Below, one piece after another: positions 11,401-22,729 of a stretch of 64,000 bases of DNA (the first letter of the stretch is position 1; every line of letters begins with the position of its first letter). This DNA comes from Geosiphon pyriformis uo1 (taxonomy: Eukaryota > Fungi > Glomeromycota), in NCBI GenBank assembly GCA_016748015.1, contig JAAOMT010000659.1, positions 871,222-935,221 on the forward strand. Reading direction: 5' to 3'. The notes below the pieces were generated by a model. That model did no database searches. It was not told where the DNA came from and saw only the letters and a list, made by a program, of their open reading frames with translations. The translations under genes were made by a program, and so were the position numbers.

Positions 11401-14400
11401 GACGGAACTGGAACTGGTGTTTTTGTTGTCATCATTGTCAGAGTTTGAATCAGGATTAAAAATCGATTCTGATTCTAATGCACAGCTGCTAATTGGTTCC
11501 TCTTCTTCTGGAATTATGTAGATCATGCATGATGGTGGATTGTAAATGAGATCACACTCATTACAATATTGAAAGTCACATGGAATCAAACAGTGGTTAC
11601 ATAGTTGAGTGTTTATTTCTTCTAACCATTGCTCTTGTTCTTCTCAAGTAGATGCCAACCATTGATAGTGCTCATGGAATTCTTCCAGATCATCCTCAAT
11701 GTTGCCGAATACGTCGAACGTTAGAACATATTTAGATTCAGGCAAAGATAAGAGGTTGTTTTTGATTTCTAGTAGTTTACTAGTTGTCGTATCTTCTGCC
11801 TTCACACTCACCATTCTCCAGAGTTTATGTTTGTTATGTGGATATCTTTCCAATCATTGTAACACTCGTTTCCAGGTGTCATTGATTGGTGTTCCCTTGC
11901 ATACTCAATTATTGATTAGTATCATATACTGGCAGATTTCATCACACATTCTTCCTCTCCCAGGAATGTTGTTCCACATTCCTTTGTCGAAAAAAGTTTT
12001 CTCACAAGCTAAACATAGTGTATTATCCCATTTTTCCACTCATTTTGGTCTTTCAAAGCATTCGATGAGGCATGTGCAGCAATAGAACTTAGTTGCCATC
12101 TGGTATTCTTTGTCATTGCCACAGTATGTGCCTATTGACAACAATTTTTTGCTGCAATCAACACATATAAGCTTTGGTCAGCGATAGCTCGATAATTGTG
12201 GTGGTGTATATGTATAAAGAGTGTAACTGGCAGTTGGTAGTGGCCCTTCTTCCTTCGCTTTTCCTTTTTTTTTTTCTCTCTTATCCCATTCCCAACTGGA
12301 TAATTCTTCTAAGTCATGATCAGTGTTCTAGACTGGGTTGGCATTCTAGGTAAGTTCTGTTCCCTTTTGTTTTCCTTTGCCATTGTCATCCCATAAGAGT
12401 ATTGGCAACAGCTTGTTGTGTTCTTTGTCAGCCCTCAAGACTTGATATGCTTTCCAAGTAGATTTTGGTTTTTCTTCTTCGAAGTCAATTAGTGGTGCTG
12501 TGGTGTTGGTAGCTTTGAAGTGACCACACATTGTTGGTACTTGTGTGTGTTAACCATTTTGGCTGAGTACTAGTTCTTGAGTCATTCAATCAAGCATGGT
12601 GTTGGTTTTGGATAGCCAGTCATTACCAACTAAAGCTTGATATTGAGTGGCTTCTATTACCAGAACTTTGATGAATACTACAATGCCATTGACTTTAATT
12701 AGGAAGTCATCAATTTCGCCAATTAGAGTTTTGGTGGCTCCATCTACAGTCATAATCCTGGTGCTGGCAGTGCAATCAACTTGGTAACCTAATTGATCCA
12801 TGAGTTGTCATGTGATGATGCTGCCTACTAAACTGTTGTCTAGGATTAATTTGATGGAGTGGCCATTGATCTTGGCATCAGTATACATGGCAGTGATTGG
12901 TTTTTTTTCAAGTGCAGCTCCATTGAATAATGGTGTATTTGACAGTTCTTCAAGTTTGAATGGAAAGATGGCATTCAAAAATTCATTTTTGGTGATTGTA
13001 GCAGGTGGAATATTATTGGTAGGTGGTTGTTGTTGTTCAATTCCTGGATTGCTGGATGTGGTGTCTTCAGAAGTCACCAGGAGGCTTAAATAGTATTGGA
13101 AATTTGGGTTTTGGGTGGAACCAGTGTTCAAATTCTGCTGATGAAATCCTAATTGTTGGTGGGAAGAGCTGAGGATTGGTTGATGTACAACTATTGCCAA
13201 TCTTCAGTTTTGGGTGATCCTCAATCTTAGGTTCTCTGATGTCATTTGAGCTGGGTTTGCTGGTGGTGTTTGAATGGTGGGTGTTTGATAGATTGCTGGT
13301 GGCTGTGGTTGATATATTACTTGTGGCTGTACCTGATAAATTGCTTGTGGCTGTGGTTGATAAATGGGAGTTTGATAAACTGGCAGTTGATAAATTGGTT
13401 GATGTGTCATAGGCAGATAAGTGGGTTGATATTGATCTTAATTCAGGTGATGGTTCGAAGTCTAGAACCAGCAATCAGGATTTCTATATTGATTTCCCAA
13501 TTGTGAATTACTATAAGTATGACAGTTGGCTCTGATGTGCCCTTGTTTACCACAGTTGTGGCAGATGCACATCTCTGGCTGCCACGACTAATTGGATAAT
13601 AATAATAAACGTAACTGATTTTGGAAACGATTCATGTTTTTCTGATTGTTACACCATTGAAGAGGTTGATAAATTGTGTGATTGTCTGCTAAGTATCCCT
13701 CTAATTTTTGATTAATTCTGAATTGCTTTAATTTGGAATCCAATTTAAATGATTCATTTATTGCTAGATTTACAGCTTGAGTGTGATTAGCTTCTAGTTT
13801 AGCTGCTTCAAAATTCCTGGCATAGGTGACTGCAGTTGGAAGGTCTACTGGGTGCATTGGATGTACTCATTGTAGGATGCTACTGTGCAATCCTCTAATA
13901 AATTGATTTAAAATCTGTGGCACTGTAAAATAGTCAGCTTGGATAGCTTGTATTTGGCATAGATTTCTATGAAAGCATCCCAAGTAGGTAGTGACTGTTT
14001 CAGTATCTCCTTGTCTGATAGTTGTAAAGGTGTTGGCTAATTTGTTGATACTATTATTATTGCTAAAGTACTGCAAGAATTCAGTTTTGAATCCATTAAA
14101 ATTTTGGGGTTTAACAGCGAGGCTTTGATATCATGCATCAGTGGTATTCTGGAGAAAATAAGGGATTGCTTGTATTGCTCTAGTATTATCCCAATTATTG
14201 GCTGTAATGGCTTTGGCCACGTTATTTAACCAGACTTGGGTGTCATCTTCTTCACTGTTGAATTTGTCAAGTTTCACAATAGGTGCATAAGCCATTTGTT
14301 GTTGCTATGGTGATAGAAGTTGTTGTTGTTGTTGGGGCGGTACTGGTGATGGTTGTTGATTTTGTTGGTGTGGTGGTTGGATGGGCTGGCCAATTGGTTC

Positions 14401-15285
14401 AACAGGTGGTTGATCAATGACAATAACTGGAGGTAAGTATTGGTTAATTACTTTGGGGTGTGGATTGTTCTGATTTGATGGGATTTGAATATTCAGAGTG
14501 TCATTTTCTGAATTGTCTAAATTGGGCTTGGTTTGAAAGTTTGGGGTTTCAATTTCTGGGTTTTCTAGGATCGGGTTTTGGTAAGTAAATTCTTGATTCT
14601 CAAATTCTTCTTCCTCTTCTTCTTGTTTCTCTTTTTCAGATAATTCCCACAGAATAGTGGTGCTGAAATCTGGTGGCAGTGGTGGTGATCGAAGTCCTGA
14701 TGGTGTTGGTGATTGCGATTTAAATCCTTCAAAATATGTGCCATATGGTCCTAATAACTCCTCTTTTCTCTGTTTACTTTGGAAGGGAAATTTTCCAAAG
14801 GCTGCTGTTGTGTTTAATGTGGACATGCTAGTAAATGTAATATTTAATGGTGCTTTTGGGTGTATAGTGGTATGATAAATTAGTTAGGGACTCAACTCTT
14901 GTTTTCTTCCAAGTAGGTGGTTGTATTTTTTGGGTGTTACTGCTGATGTTTGCAGTTTTTCTTTGTCTTTGCTTGCATAAGTAATGGGATATCTTTGCTG
15001 TGTGTGGTGTTCAATTTCTTTGTTGATTTCCATGATAATGGAGGCAAAATTGTGATTTGTTGGCAAGTTGGTATTTTAAATTAATTCACTGTAAAAGGCT
15101 TTTCTTGCTAATTCAATATTTACTGGTGTTCCTAACAGATGAGCAATTTTTTTGTTGACATAGAAATTGAAAGCTGATTCCACTGATATGTGGTTGTAAT
15201 TTAATCCCAAATGTTGACAGTAGTGTTAAAATAAGAATTTTGTGAATCCTAAATAGTTTGCTCTTATGTTTTTTGATTTTGCTAC
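8412..15285 (-). pseudogene. disrupted gag-pol polyprotein of gypsy A2
   Basis: Fragments 8400-8978 (IN), 9895-10449 (RT), 10459-11265 (dUTPase and linker), 11290-11853, 12586-13200 (PR) and 13588-15066 (Gag). Confidence 0.9.
10870..11265 (-). pseudogene. dUTPase domain in pol of A2
   Basis: NAKFDLRYP, LASKSSL, GGIIDVRYIG, KIAQ, RGIQRFGFTG. Confidence 0.9.
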
Positions 15286-15325
15286 TTTTAGATTTGTGTT
15301 GGTGCTGGTTCTCTGTAGGATTATA

Positions 15326-15342
15326 CCTCACAGGAAGCACCA
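15326..15342 (-). promoter_or_regulatory. primer-binding site of A2
   Basis: TGGTGCTTCCTGTGAGG adjacent to the LTR, one mismatch to the A1 PBS. Confidence 0.8.
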
Positions 15343-15344
15343 AA

Positions 15345-16210
15345 TATTATGAATGATTATTTGGGGTTTTAAATCAAATAACAAACTTGTAACTTGGTGC
15401 TAAAAGTTATTCACGTTGATGTTATTAATCTGAAGGTTTTGTATCTGAAGATTTTGTATCTGAAAATTTTGGTTTGAGTTCTTTGTATAATGAACAGAGA
15501 TTCAATAGTTGTTTTATCCATAGCTTCTCAGAATCGCAATTCTGTCAATTCTTCTCTCGGCGTGATGGCCAGCAATCCTCTGGTAAGTATTCTGTATCTT
15601 CTGTATGTGTCCTATCCTTTTGCAGGGGTCTTTTACTAGGCAATCCTTGACATCAGTAATCTAGCACTTTGTTTCACCAATTAATGCACAACAATAAAAT
15701 AAAAAAATAAAAAATAAAGAAAAGAAATAAAAGAAAATAATGAATAAGCCAAGGTGGTTTTGCAAGTTAGTATCCTGTCAATAGCCATGATCAAGAGCTA
15801 TTGTTCCAGTGTGTTTTAAGTATTGATTACTATCAACATGGAGTGTTAATAGTGGAATTAGGTTTGAGATACCAAATAGTTATTTATTGTGTTTGGAAGG
15901 TTGTTTAGATGAAATCTAAACTGGAAGGTCTGTTTTTTTAGCTTCTACTACTACTACTATATATACATAATTGAGATTCCTCAATTCCTTAATTTTTCAC
16001 AACAGGAATCTTGGAATTTCTAGAATTCTGCGATTCTGTTAAGAAGAATTCTGGAATTTTGAAATTCTGCGATTCCTTGTGTGAGAATCTTACAATTCCT
16101 GGAATCCTGCAATTCCTGTAAGAGGAATTCTGGAATTCCACATTTACTACATCTATTTTTGATTGGCTAATAACTATGTTAATATATTTTCTATATTTCT
16201 ATGAGTAACA
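15345..16210 (-). repeat. 5' LTR of A2 (~866 bp)
   Basis: Begins TGTTACTCATAG on the minus strand and is homologous to 7562-8411. Confidence 0.9.
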
Positions 16211-17379
16211 CTGATTGTTTCTTTTTATTAGTATGACCAATAGGTTATAGGATGGCTGTTTTACTTAAAGATATAATAGTTGATTTATTAAAAAGTGATA
16301 TAAATGATTGTGCCCAAAAAAAAATGCTTCTACTGGGTTTACTGGTTGCTAAAGTAAGATTTCTAAACAATAATTCATATTTTCTTAGAAATTTGGTTCA
16401 GAAGTTTTGGTTATAGTTCCAAAAATAGAAAATTCCAGGAGTTTTTGAAGTTTTTGATTGTGTTTTAGTGGATTTATTAAGTAGAATTCTACTTTTTAAG
16501 GTCTGATGATATAAAAAAGTTGTTAATAAAAGAAATCTTGATTTTTTGTTGACTGTAAATCAAATACTTTTTTGTGTGACTAATGTATTTTTATTTTTAG
16601 ATTCAGATTTTTTGGAGTTAGATCTTGATGATTGTCTTTTTTTTACTTAAAAATACTATTTGCTAATATATTGTTATGGGTTGGAGTAACAAGCTAATGG
16701 ATAGCAAGGAAGAATAGGATTGTAGGATAATGAAAAAAATTAAAGGAAATTCAACTTTAAAGAACAAATTGAATAAGTATGGATTTAATATGTGAAATCA
16801 GTCTCATAAAATATCTCAGTTGCTATACTTTTTAAAAGATAATTAAGAAATCTGAAGATAGAAAGATAGTCCATACTGTCAACAAATGATCATGCCTGGT
16901 ATAATTTTATGCTTTATGTTGATGCTCTTAGAATTCAATATCAGATATCAGATGTATTCTTCAGTCATGTTTTTATTCAATAATCTTCAAATATTGCAAT
17001 TACACATTTCAGAAAAAGGGTAAGAAATAACCAACAAGTAATTTTTTATCTTAAGATGTTCAGATACTTGAAGGTAGAAAAAAAAAAATTAGCAATAAGA
17101 GAATAATTGAGATGAAAATTGTTATTTTTTTTATTTTTTTTCTTTGATTTTTATATGTTTTTCTATAGTTAAAAGATTTATTGCTTATATAGCTATCAAA
17201 AGTGGTCAATGATCAGGTTAACAGTCAAATTAATAATCACTTTTTAAAAATAGAGTGGCTAATTATATATAACATCAGTGGCTAATACATGTAATAATTA
17301 ATAAAAAGTATAGGTTTCAACTGTAACAATATTTCTGGATTTTTTAATTAATTATTAAAAAGATTTTGGCTATTTTTTA

Positions 17380-18670
17380 TATAATAATTGAAGTTAAATA
17401 TGTTAATAATTTTTAATGAATTTGTTCTTTGTGTTTTTTTGTGTTTGTTATTTAACTTAGTAAGTAGTTAACTTTGGTGTGTATATTATAACAAAACTTA
17501 TTTTTTACAATAACAGTTTTTAATGATATTCTTAAGTCTTTCCTAAAATGTTGAAATAATACTCTTTTATATAGTAAGTAATCTTTTTTTATAGTTTTAA
17601 TAGTTGCTATTTTGGTGAATTTCTAAGGTATTTTGTCTCTATGTATTTTATAATTTCACAAAAAACACCAAATATTATGAGTAAACTTGGTAAAATATTA
17701 TAGTAATATTTAGTACTTTAAATTTGTATTACAAGAGAGCTTAAAGATCTTTATTTTAAATACTTAAAGTAAGTCATTGATATCAGTTTCTGAAGGTTTT
17801 TTGCTAGTTTTATTCATAGAGTTCTTTGATTATAAAATATAAAAAATGTTTTGGCTATTTGTAATTTAAGTATATGAGTTATTTTTTTTGAGTTAGTTAA
17901 ATGCAGTTACTAGAATTTGGTAGTGTTTTTTTATTCTTCTAGTAAGTTAACAAAATATTATTAATATTTAATTCTAGAAGAAACTTTTTTTTTTTATCAA
18001 ATTATCACAAAGTCTATTTCTAAACAGTTGATTTTACAATATTACTATTCCACAAAAAAGAAAAATAAATAAATAAAAAGAAAAAAAAAAAGAAAAAAAA
18101 GAAAAGAAGAAATAAAAATAAAAAAAATTAATATTATTAATTACTGTAATTAAGAATAATTGATCCAAGTTATTATTGTTTAAGGTGTTTTATACTAAGA
18201 GCATTTGGCCAGAAACGAAGATAAAAAAATAATTAGTTTGGTTTAAACATAGAATTTGTGGATCATGAATAAATAATTTCTTGAATTTTAAATATTTTTT
18301 TTATTTAAAATAATATAGATGTATAAATAATATGAATTTGATAAATATAAATAAAGTAATGTATTTTTTATCTATTTTTGTCTGTTTGTTTGTCTGTCTT
18401 TTTTTTTTCTCTATTAAAACTACTTGTTTTTATACATATTTTTAGTTTTACAAGATTGTTTTTGATTGTTTATTATTACTAACTATTGCTTACTATTTCT
18501 GTTATTGCTTTATTTTTTTATATTATAATTAGTTATTTTATATTATGACTAGTTATTTTACATTATTGTGTGTTATCTTATATTATCTTGAGTTATAATG
18601 TGTTATTTTGTGTTATTTCGTATTATCACATTTTTCTAAGTTATCATATTTCTTAATCACGTTTTTTTTC
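17380..18670 (-). mobile_element. heavily decayed A-related gypsy 5' end (gag remnant, PBS ~17654-17670, LTR from 17673); boundaries approximate
   Basis: TTTCACAAAAAACACCAAATATTAT is a transition-decayed version of CCTCACAGGGAGCACCAAACATTAC. The A-rich block and ACTGTAATTAAGA block match LTR A. Confidence 0.55.
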
Positions 18671-18679
18671 AATATCTTT

Positions 18680-19200
18680 TGGATTGGTTTTTTTACTTAG
18701 ATAACAATAAAAAGATTCAACATCTTTTTTTATTCTAAAATTAAGAAAACCAAAAAGAAATTTACAATTTAAATTAGTATTTATCTTTTTGACTTTAAAA
18801 ATAACAGCAATTAAACTCAAAAGAAATCTACTATTAATATCAATTATAATACTACTGTTTTCATTATCATTAGATTTACTGTTTATATTCGAATATATAT
18901 TATTATCAGAACCAAACTTAACTAAGAAAACATTTTTATTATTATCAAAGTGTTTAATATTGCTAAGAATAACTTTTTTTTTCTAAAAAAAAAAGTCATT
19001 AGCAGAATCATAAAAAGTTTTTTTGAGTGCTTTTTTCTTTGATATATTACTACTTAAAACAGCTTTTAAGTTTATAATAAAAAGATTATTAGCTTGAAAA
19101 ATATTGAAAAAAAAATAACAAAAAAAAACAAAAAACTTTTTTTTAAAAAATATGTTCTTTGAAGAATTTTAAATGAAGAAAAAAAAAGAAGTTTTTATAA
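18680..19200 (-). mobile_element. decayed 5' fragment of a LINE ORF1 (approximate)
   Basis: Residual reading ...KKKVILSNIKH...VKFGSDN... resembles LINE ORF1 N-termini. The recognition is from memory of similar fungal repeats. Confidence 0.4.
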
Positions 19201-20836
19201 ATTTTTATAATTTAATACTTAATAATATTAAAAAAATTATAAACGAAATTTCTGATTTAATAATAATTATAGTATATATATTTTTTTTAATAATATAAAA
19301 TAATTTGTAATAATTTCAATATTTTAATTATTTTAAATATTTTAAAATATTTTAAGATAATTTTTAATATTTTATAATATTATTTTATATTAATTAAACT
19401 GTATGTATTTTAAATAATTTTTTATAAAGTAATTATAATAATACAGTAGTTTTTATTTATAGTTTTTTTATTATTTTGTTTAATTAAAAATATTTTAAAA
19501 TTAAAATTTTGCAAAAAAATAATGATTAAAATATTAATATTAAAAATAATAATAAAATTTATTTTTAATTATTATATTATTTATATAATTAAGATTAAAA
19601 CTAAATATAATATTAAAAGTAATTGTATAAAAAATCTTAATAATACTTTGAATAAAAATATTATAGCAAAAACTTTTTTCTCTTGTTCATCCCAAAAAAT
19701 TTCCAAAAAAAGTTAGTAGTTTTTTGAAAGAAGTTTTTTCAACATTCAGTACAATAAATCCAAACCATTTTTTAATTTCAAGGCCACTGTTGGTCCTAGT
19801 ATTGCCATCATGAAGAAGGTTGTTAAAGATTCTGGCTTTGGTGGTGGTTTTAAGCCTGTTTTGTCAAGGAAAAAGAGAAAAGATGTTGCTTTGGAGGAGG
19901 GTATTGGTAGCAAAGAGATGCCTACTGAGGTGCCGAGTGATCATTTTTGGGGTTTTAAGACTGGTAATACTACCAAGTCTGAAAGCATTAATATGGAGGA
20001 AGAATGTCTGGTTGAGGAAACCAGCTTTGACTATGGTGAGAAAGACATCTTAATTGATGGAGATTATAAGCATACACCTAAAGGACCAAGTGTAAAAACT
20101 ACTAAAGCATTGGGGAAGCCATTGGATAAGATAAATTTCTCAGGTCATGATAATGATGATAATGTTTTCTTGAATACCCCTTTGGAACTTCTCTCTCTTT
20201 TAAAGAATTTGGTCTCTGTTTCTGTTAGAAAATCTTTTGCTTTGGATATTGGCTTGAATAAAGTAGTTGGGAAATCCTCTCAAGAAAAGCTGATGGTGAT
20301 TAGAAAATTGTTTTTAAGAATCAATGGTTTTGGGGGGGTCTTTACTCCCTCAAAATTTTTTGGGATCATCTGGGCAATATTTACTTCTGAATTGGATTTG
20401 ATGAAAGCCACTAAAAAAACTGCTAATGTAAAGATCATGGTGAACATTGATCTTATAAAATCAACTGGTCATTCAGATCGGGCTGTGGTGATGAAGGAAA
20501 TTCTGGTTGAAACATCAGCTAAGACTGTGTGTACTGCACTGTTCGAATTTGGTGTAATTAAGTCAATCAAAATACAATTGGTAGGGCTGTGACAAAAAGC
20601 AATCATTAAGTTTAAGGAACAATCTCAGGCTGATCTTTTGGCAAATAGATGGTCTATCCTAATTGGAAAGGATGCAGTATATGTTGTTAGATCAGATTTG
20701 GATAAGGTTACATGGGATAAGAGAGATCTTTATAGAACATTACTCTATACTCTACCTGTGAAAACAAATGCTCACGACATCTGGGACTTTATTAGTTCTG
20801 TAGATAAGAAAACATGTATAATCAATCATTATCTGG

Positions 20837-21827
20837 TATTACCAGAGGTTTTTGGTCTTTTCTTAAATGTTGTTAATGTCTGTTTGTTGTAAATTCATGT
20901 TTTCTAGAAGTAGTTGGACTTTCAGTAACTGAATTTATCTTCAAATTATCTCCTATAATTTGAATTGCTGGGCTTATAAGTGGAATAACCAATTCCTTGC
21001 CAGTTACTTTATGTAGTTACGTTATAGTAAACGTCAACTCTTTCCCAGAAATTGCTTGTTTGGAAGCTCACTAAAAATGTGTAGTTACTTTGCTGTGAAA
21101 GTCAACTTTTTTACAGGAATCTTGTCTGTAGACTATCCTAATTATTATAATAAGAAAATAAAAGAAAAGTAAAAGAAAAGTAAAAAAAATTGAATTCTGT
21201 CAAGGGAAACGTTTTCTATCCAGGCCTGGAGTCACTAACAGTTTACTGAAATTGGTAGCTAATCAATTTCAAAATGTTAGTTGGGTTTTGGGGATTTTCC
21301 AAGTGCAATAATTAAAAAAATTTGGTTTTTTGAATTATTTGATATTTATTTCTTTTTGTGTGTATAGGAATGGTTCTAGTAATAAAATCTAAAGTAAGAT
21401 ATATTTTCTTGAAGAGAAAAGCTCTTCTTTTATACAACTTGTTGTAGTACTAGTCTATGAACTTGCACTTTTTCTCTTTGCTCAAATTTTGGCAAACTAA
21501 AGATACATTTTGATGAACTACAAGTTATTTTGCTGAACTATTGATTAATTTGGATGAACTATTCATAATTTCGGCAAATTTCTGTAAATTTCGGCAAATT
21601 TCTTATAAATTTCGGCGAATTTTAGAATGTTACAAAGTTCAAAGTATTGTGTAATTTGATCATCCTACTTTCTGTTATACTAATTAGATTATTTTAATTA
21701 AATCATGATATGTGATAATTGATTAAATAATAAATGATAATTTGAAATGATATTAATATACTAATTAATTATAGAGATTATAAGGGTAATTTCATGCTAA
21801 TTACTAGCTAAAATTCTACTGGTAACA
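20837..21827 (-). repeat. 3' LTR of B1 (991 bp)
   Basis: TGTTACCAGTAG...CTCTGGTAATA on the minus strand, directly repeated at 29782-31008. Confidence 0.95.
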
Positions 21828-22515
21828 TAATCTCCTCTTCAAGACTAAGCTCTGTTGAAGTCCAAGCACTATCTGTAATATTGAGATAGTGATCCAAAAT
21901 AATTGAAGTAATCTGGTCTGAAAATTGTTGAAATTTCAGTTCTGTGAGTTTGCCAATGTATTGAACTTTTATTGGTTGCAGTATTGGATTTTGTAGAATA
22001 TTTTCACAAGTATTAAAAAAATCATAGAGTCTAAAAGCTGCTCTAAGTTTGTAGCAAGTGTTTGTTGGTCCAGCTGCTGTTTTGAATTCATTGTGGATTT
22101 GTTTTTGTATAGCTTCAGAAGTAAGATTTGTTGCTTCAAGTTCCAGTTTTCGTTCATAAAGTGTCTTTCCAATGTGAAAGTATTTATAAATAGAAGTGTG
22201 TTTATTGTTCTGTTCATTGAGAAGTAGTAGAAGTTTTTGTTGTATTGTAGCATTTGGTGGAATGTCAATAGGGGCAATTAAAAGATTTTCTTCCAATGCT
22301 TGCTTTAAAAGTCTTGGTAACCTATTTTCAGAGTGACTTCTTGTTTTTTTTCTATAGGGGTGATAGTTCTGTGAATGATTTGCTACTAGAGCTGTAGTTT
22401 CTTTCTGAATGTAATTAATTTGACTTTCATTAATTGTTATAGATAAGTCAAGAAGTGTTTTCAAGACTAACATTAACTTTTGGGATATTTGTTGAATATT
22501 TCGGGGAATAATCAT
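21808..22515 (-). CDS. accessory ORF3 of gypsy B1 (235 aa, unknown function)
   Basis: Uninterrupted ATG-started sense ORF between the integrase end and the 3' LTR. It runs through the PPT and stops 20 nt inside the LTR. Confidence 0.7.
   Translation of the reverse strand: MIIPRNIQQISQKLMLVLKTLLDLSITINESQINYIQKETTALVANHSQNYHPYRKKTRSHSENRLPRLLKQALEENLLIAPIDIPPNATIQQKLLLLLNEQNNKHTSIYKYFHIGKTLYERKLELEATNLTSEAIQKQIHNEFKTAAGPTNTCYKLRAAFRLYDFFNTCENILQNPILQPIKVQYIGKLTELKFQQFSDQITSIILDHYLNITDSAWTSTELSLEEEIMLPVEF
21829..21842 (-). promoter_or_regulatory. polypurine tract of B1
   Basis: GAAGAGGAGA just upstream of the 3' LTR on the minus strand. Confidence 0.8.
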
Positions 22516-22729
22516 GATAAAATTGACTAATTATGAAAAGAGAGAATAAAGAAAATTATTTTTGGGATATGGAATTTTTATTTGTTTTTGGGTTTGGGTG
22601 TTTTTGTAATTTATTTACTATTTTTGTCTTTGTGTTTTTATTGTAAAATTTAAGTATTCAAGTTTGGTTGTTGTTTTATTATAATTATTGGTTCTAAATT
22701 TTGGAAAATATCTTTAGGATTAATTAAAG

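Larger units (their letters stand above)
8412..16210 (-). mobile_element. Ty3/gypsy family A, copy 2 (interrupted in integrase by copy 1)
   Basis: Same domain order as A1. Integrase (HHCC region HSDPVARH...CDAC) breaks at IHQNLICQ exactly at the A1 LTR. LTR ends ...GAGTAACA at 16210. Confidence 0.95.

Noticed and set aside
13067-13474. Ser/Thr-rich overlapping ORF in gag of A2 (and similar alternative frames in A1 and B1)
   Set aside because: Alternative frame of the YQPQP repeat region. The Gag frame reads into protease once a TGG-to-TGA mutation is undone, so no frameshift or extra gene is needed.
15975-16140. Short repeats that could be mistaken for a CRISPR array
   Set aside because: No unique spacers, eukaryotic context, and they are part of the LTR.
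16215-17200. Moderately GC-containing unassigned segment
   Set aside because: Probably a decayed repeat or gene fragment, but no motif could be read with confidence.
17250-17295. TGGCTAATTA motif also seen inverted near 42660 (possible DNA transposon TIRs)
   Set aside because: The match is too short, with no TSD or transposase found.
18789-19716. Short Ile/Lys/Asn/Phe-rich ORFs (also 33317, 35500, 35986, 41443, 62033)
   Set aside because: Chance ORFs in AT-converted repeat DNA.
20837-20843. Both B1 LTRs end in TA rather than CA (possible non-canonical terminus)
   Set aside because: B2 has the canonical CA, and the change is a single C-to-T in a hypermutated background.
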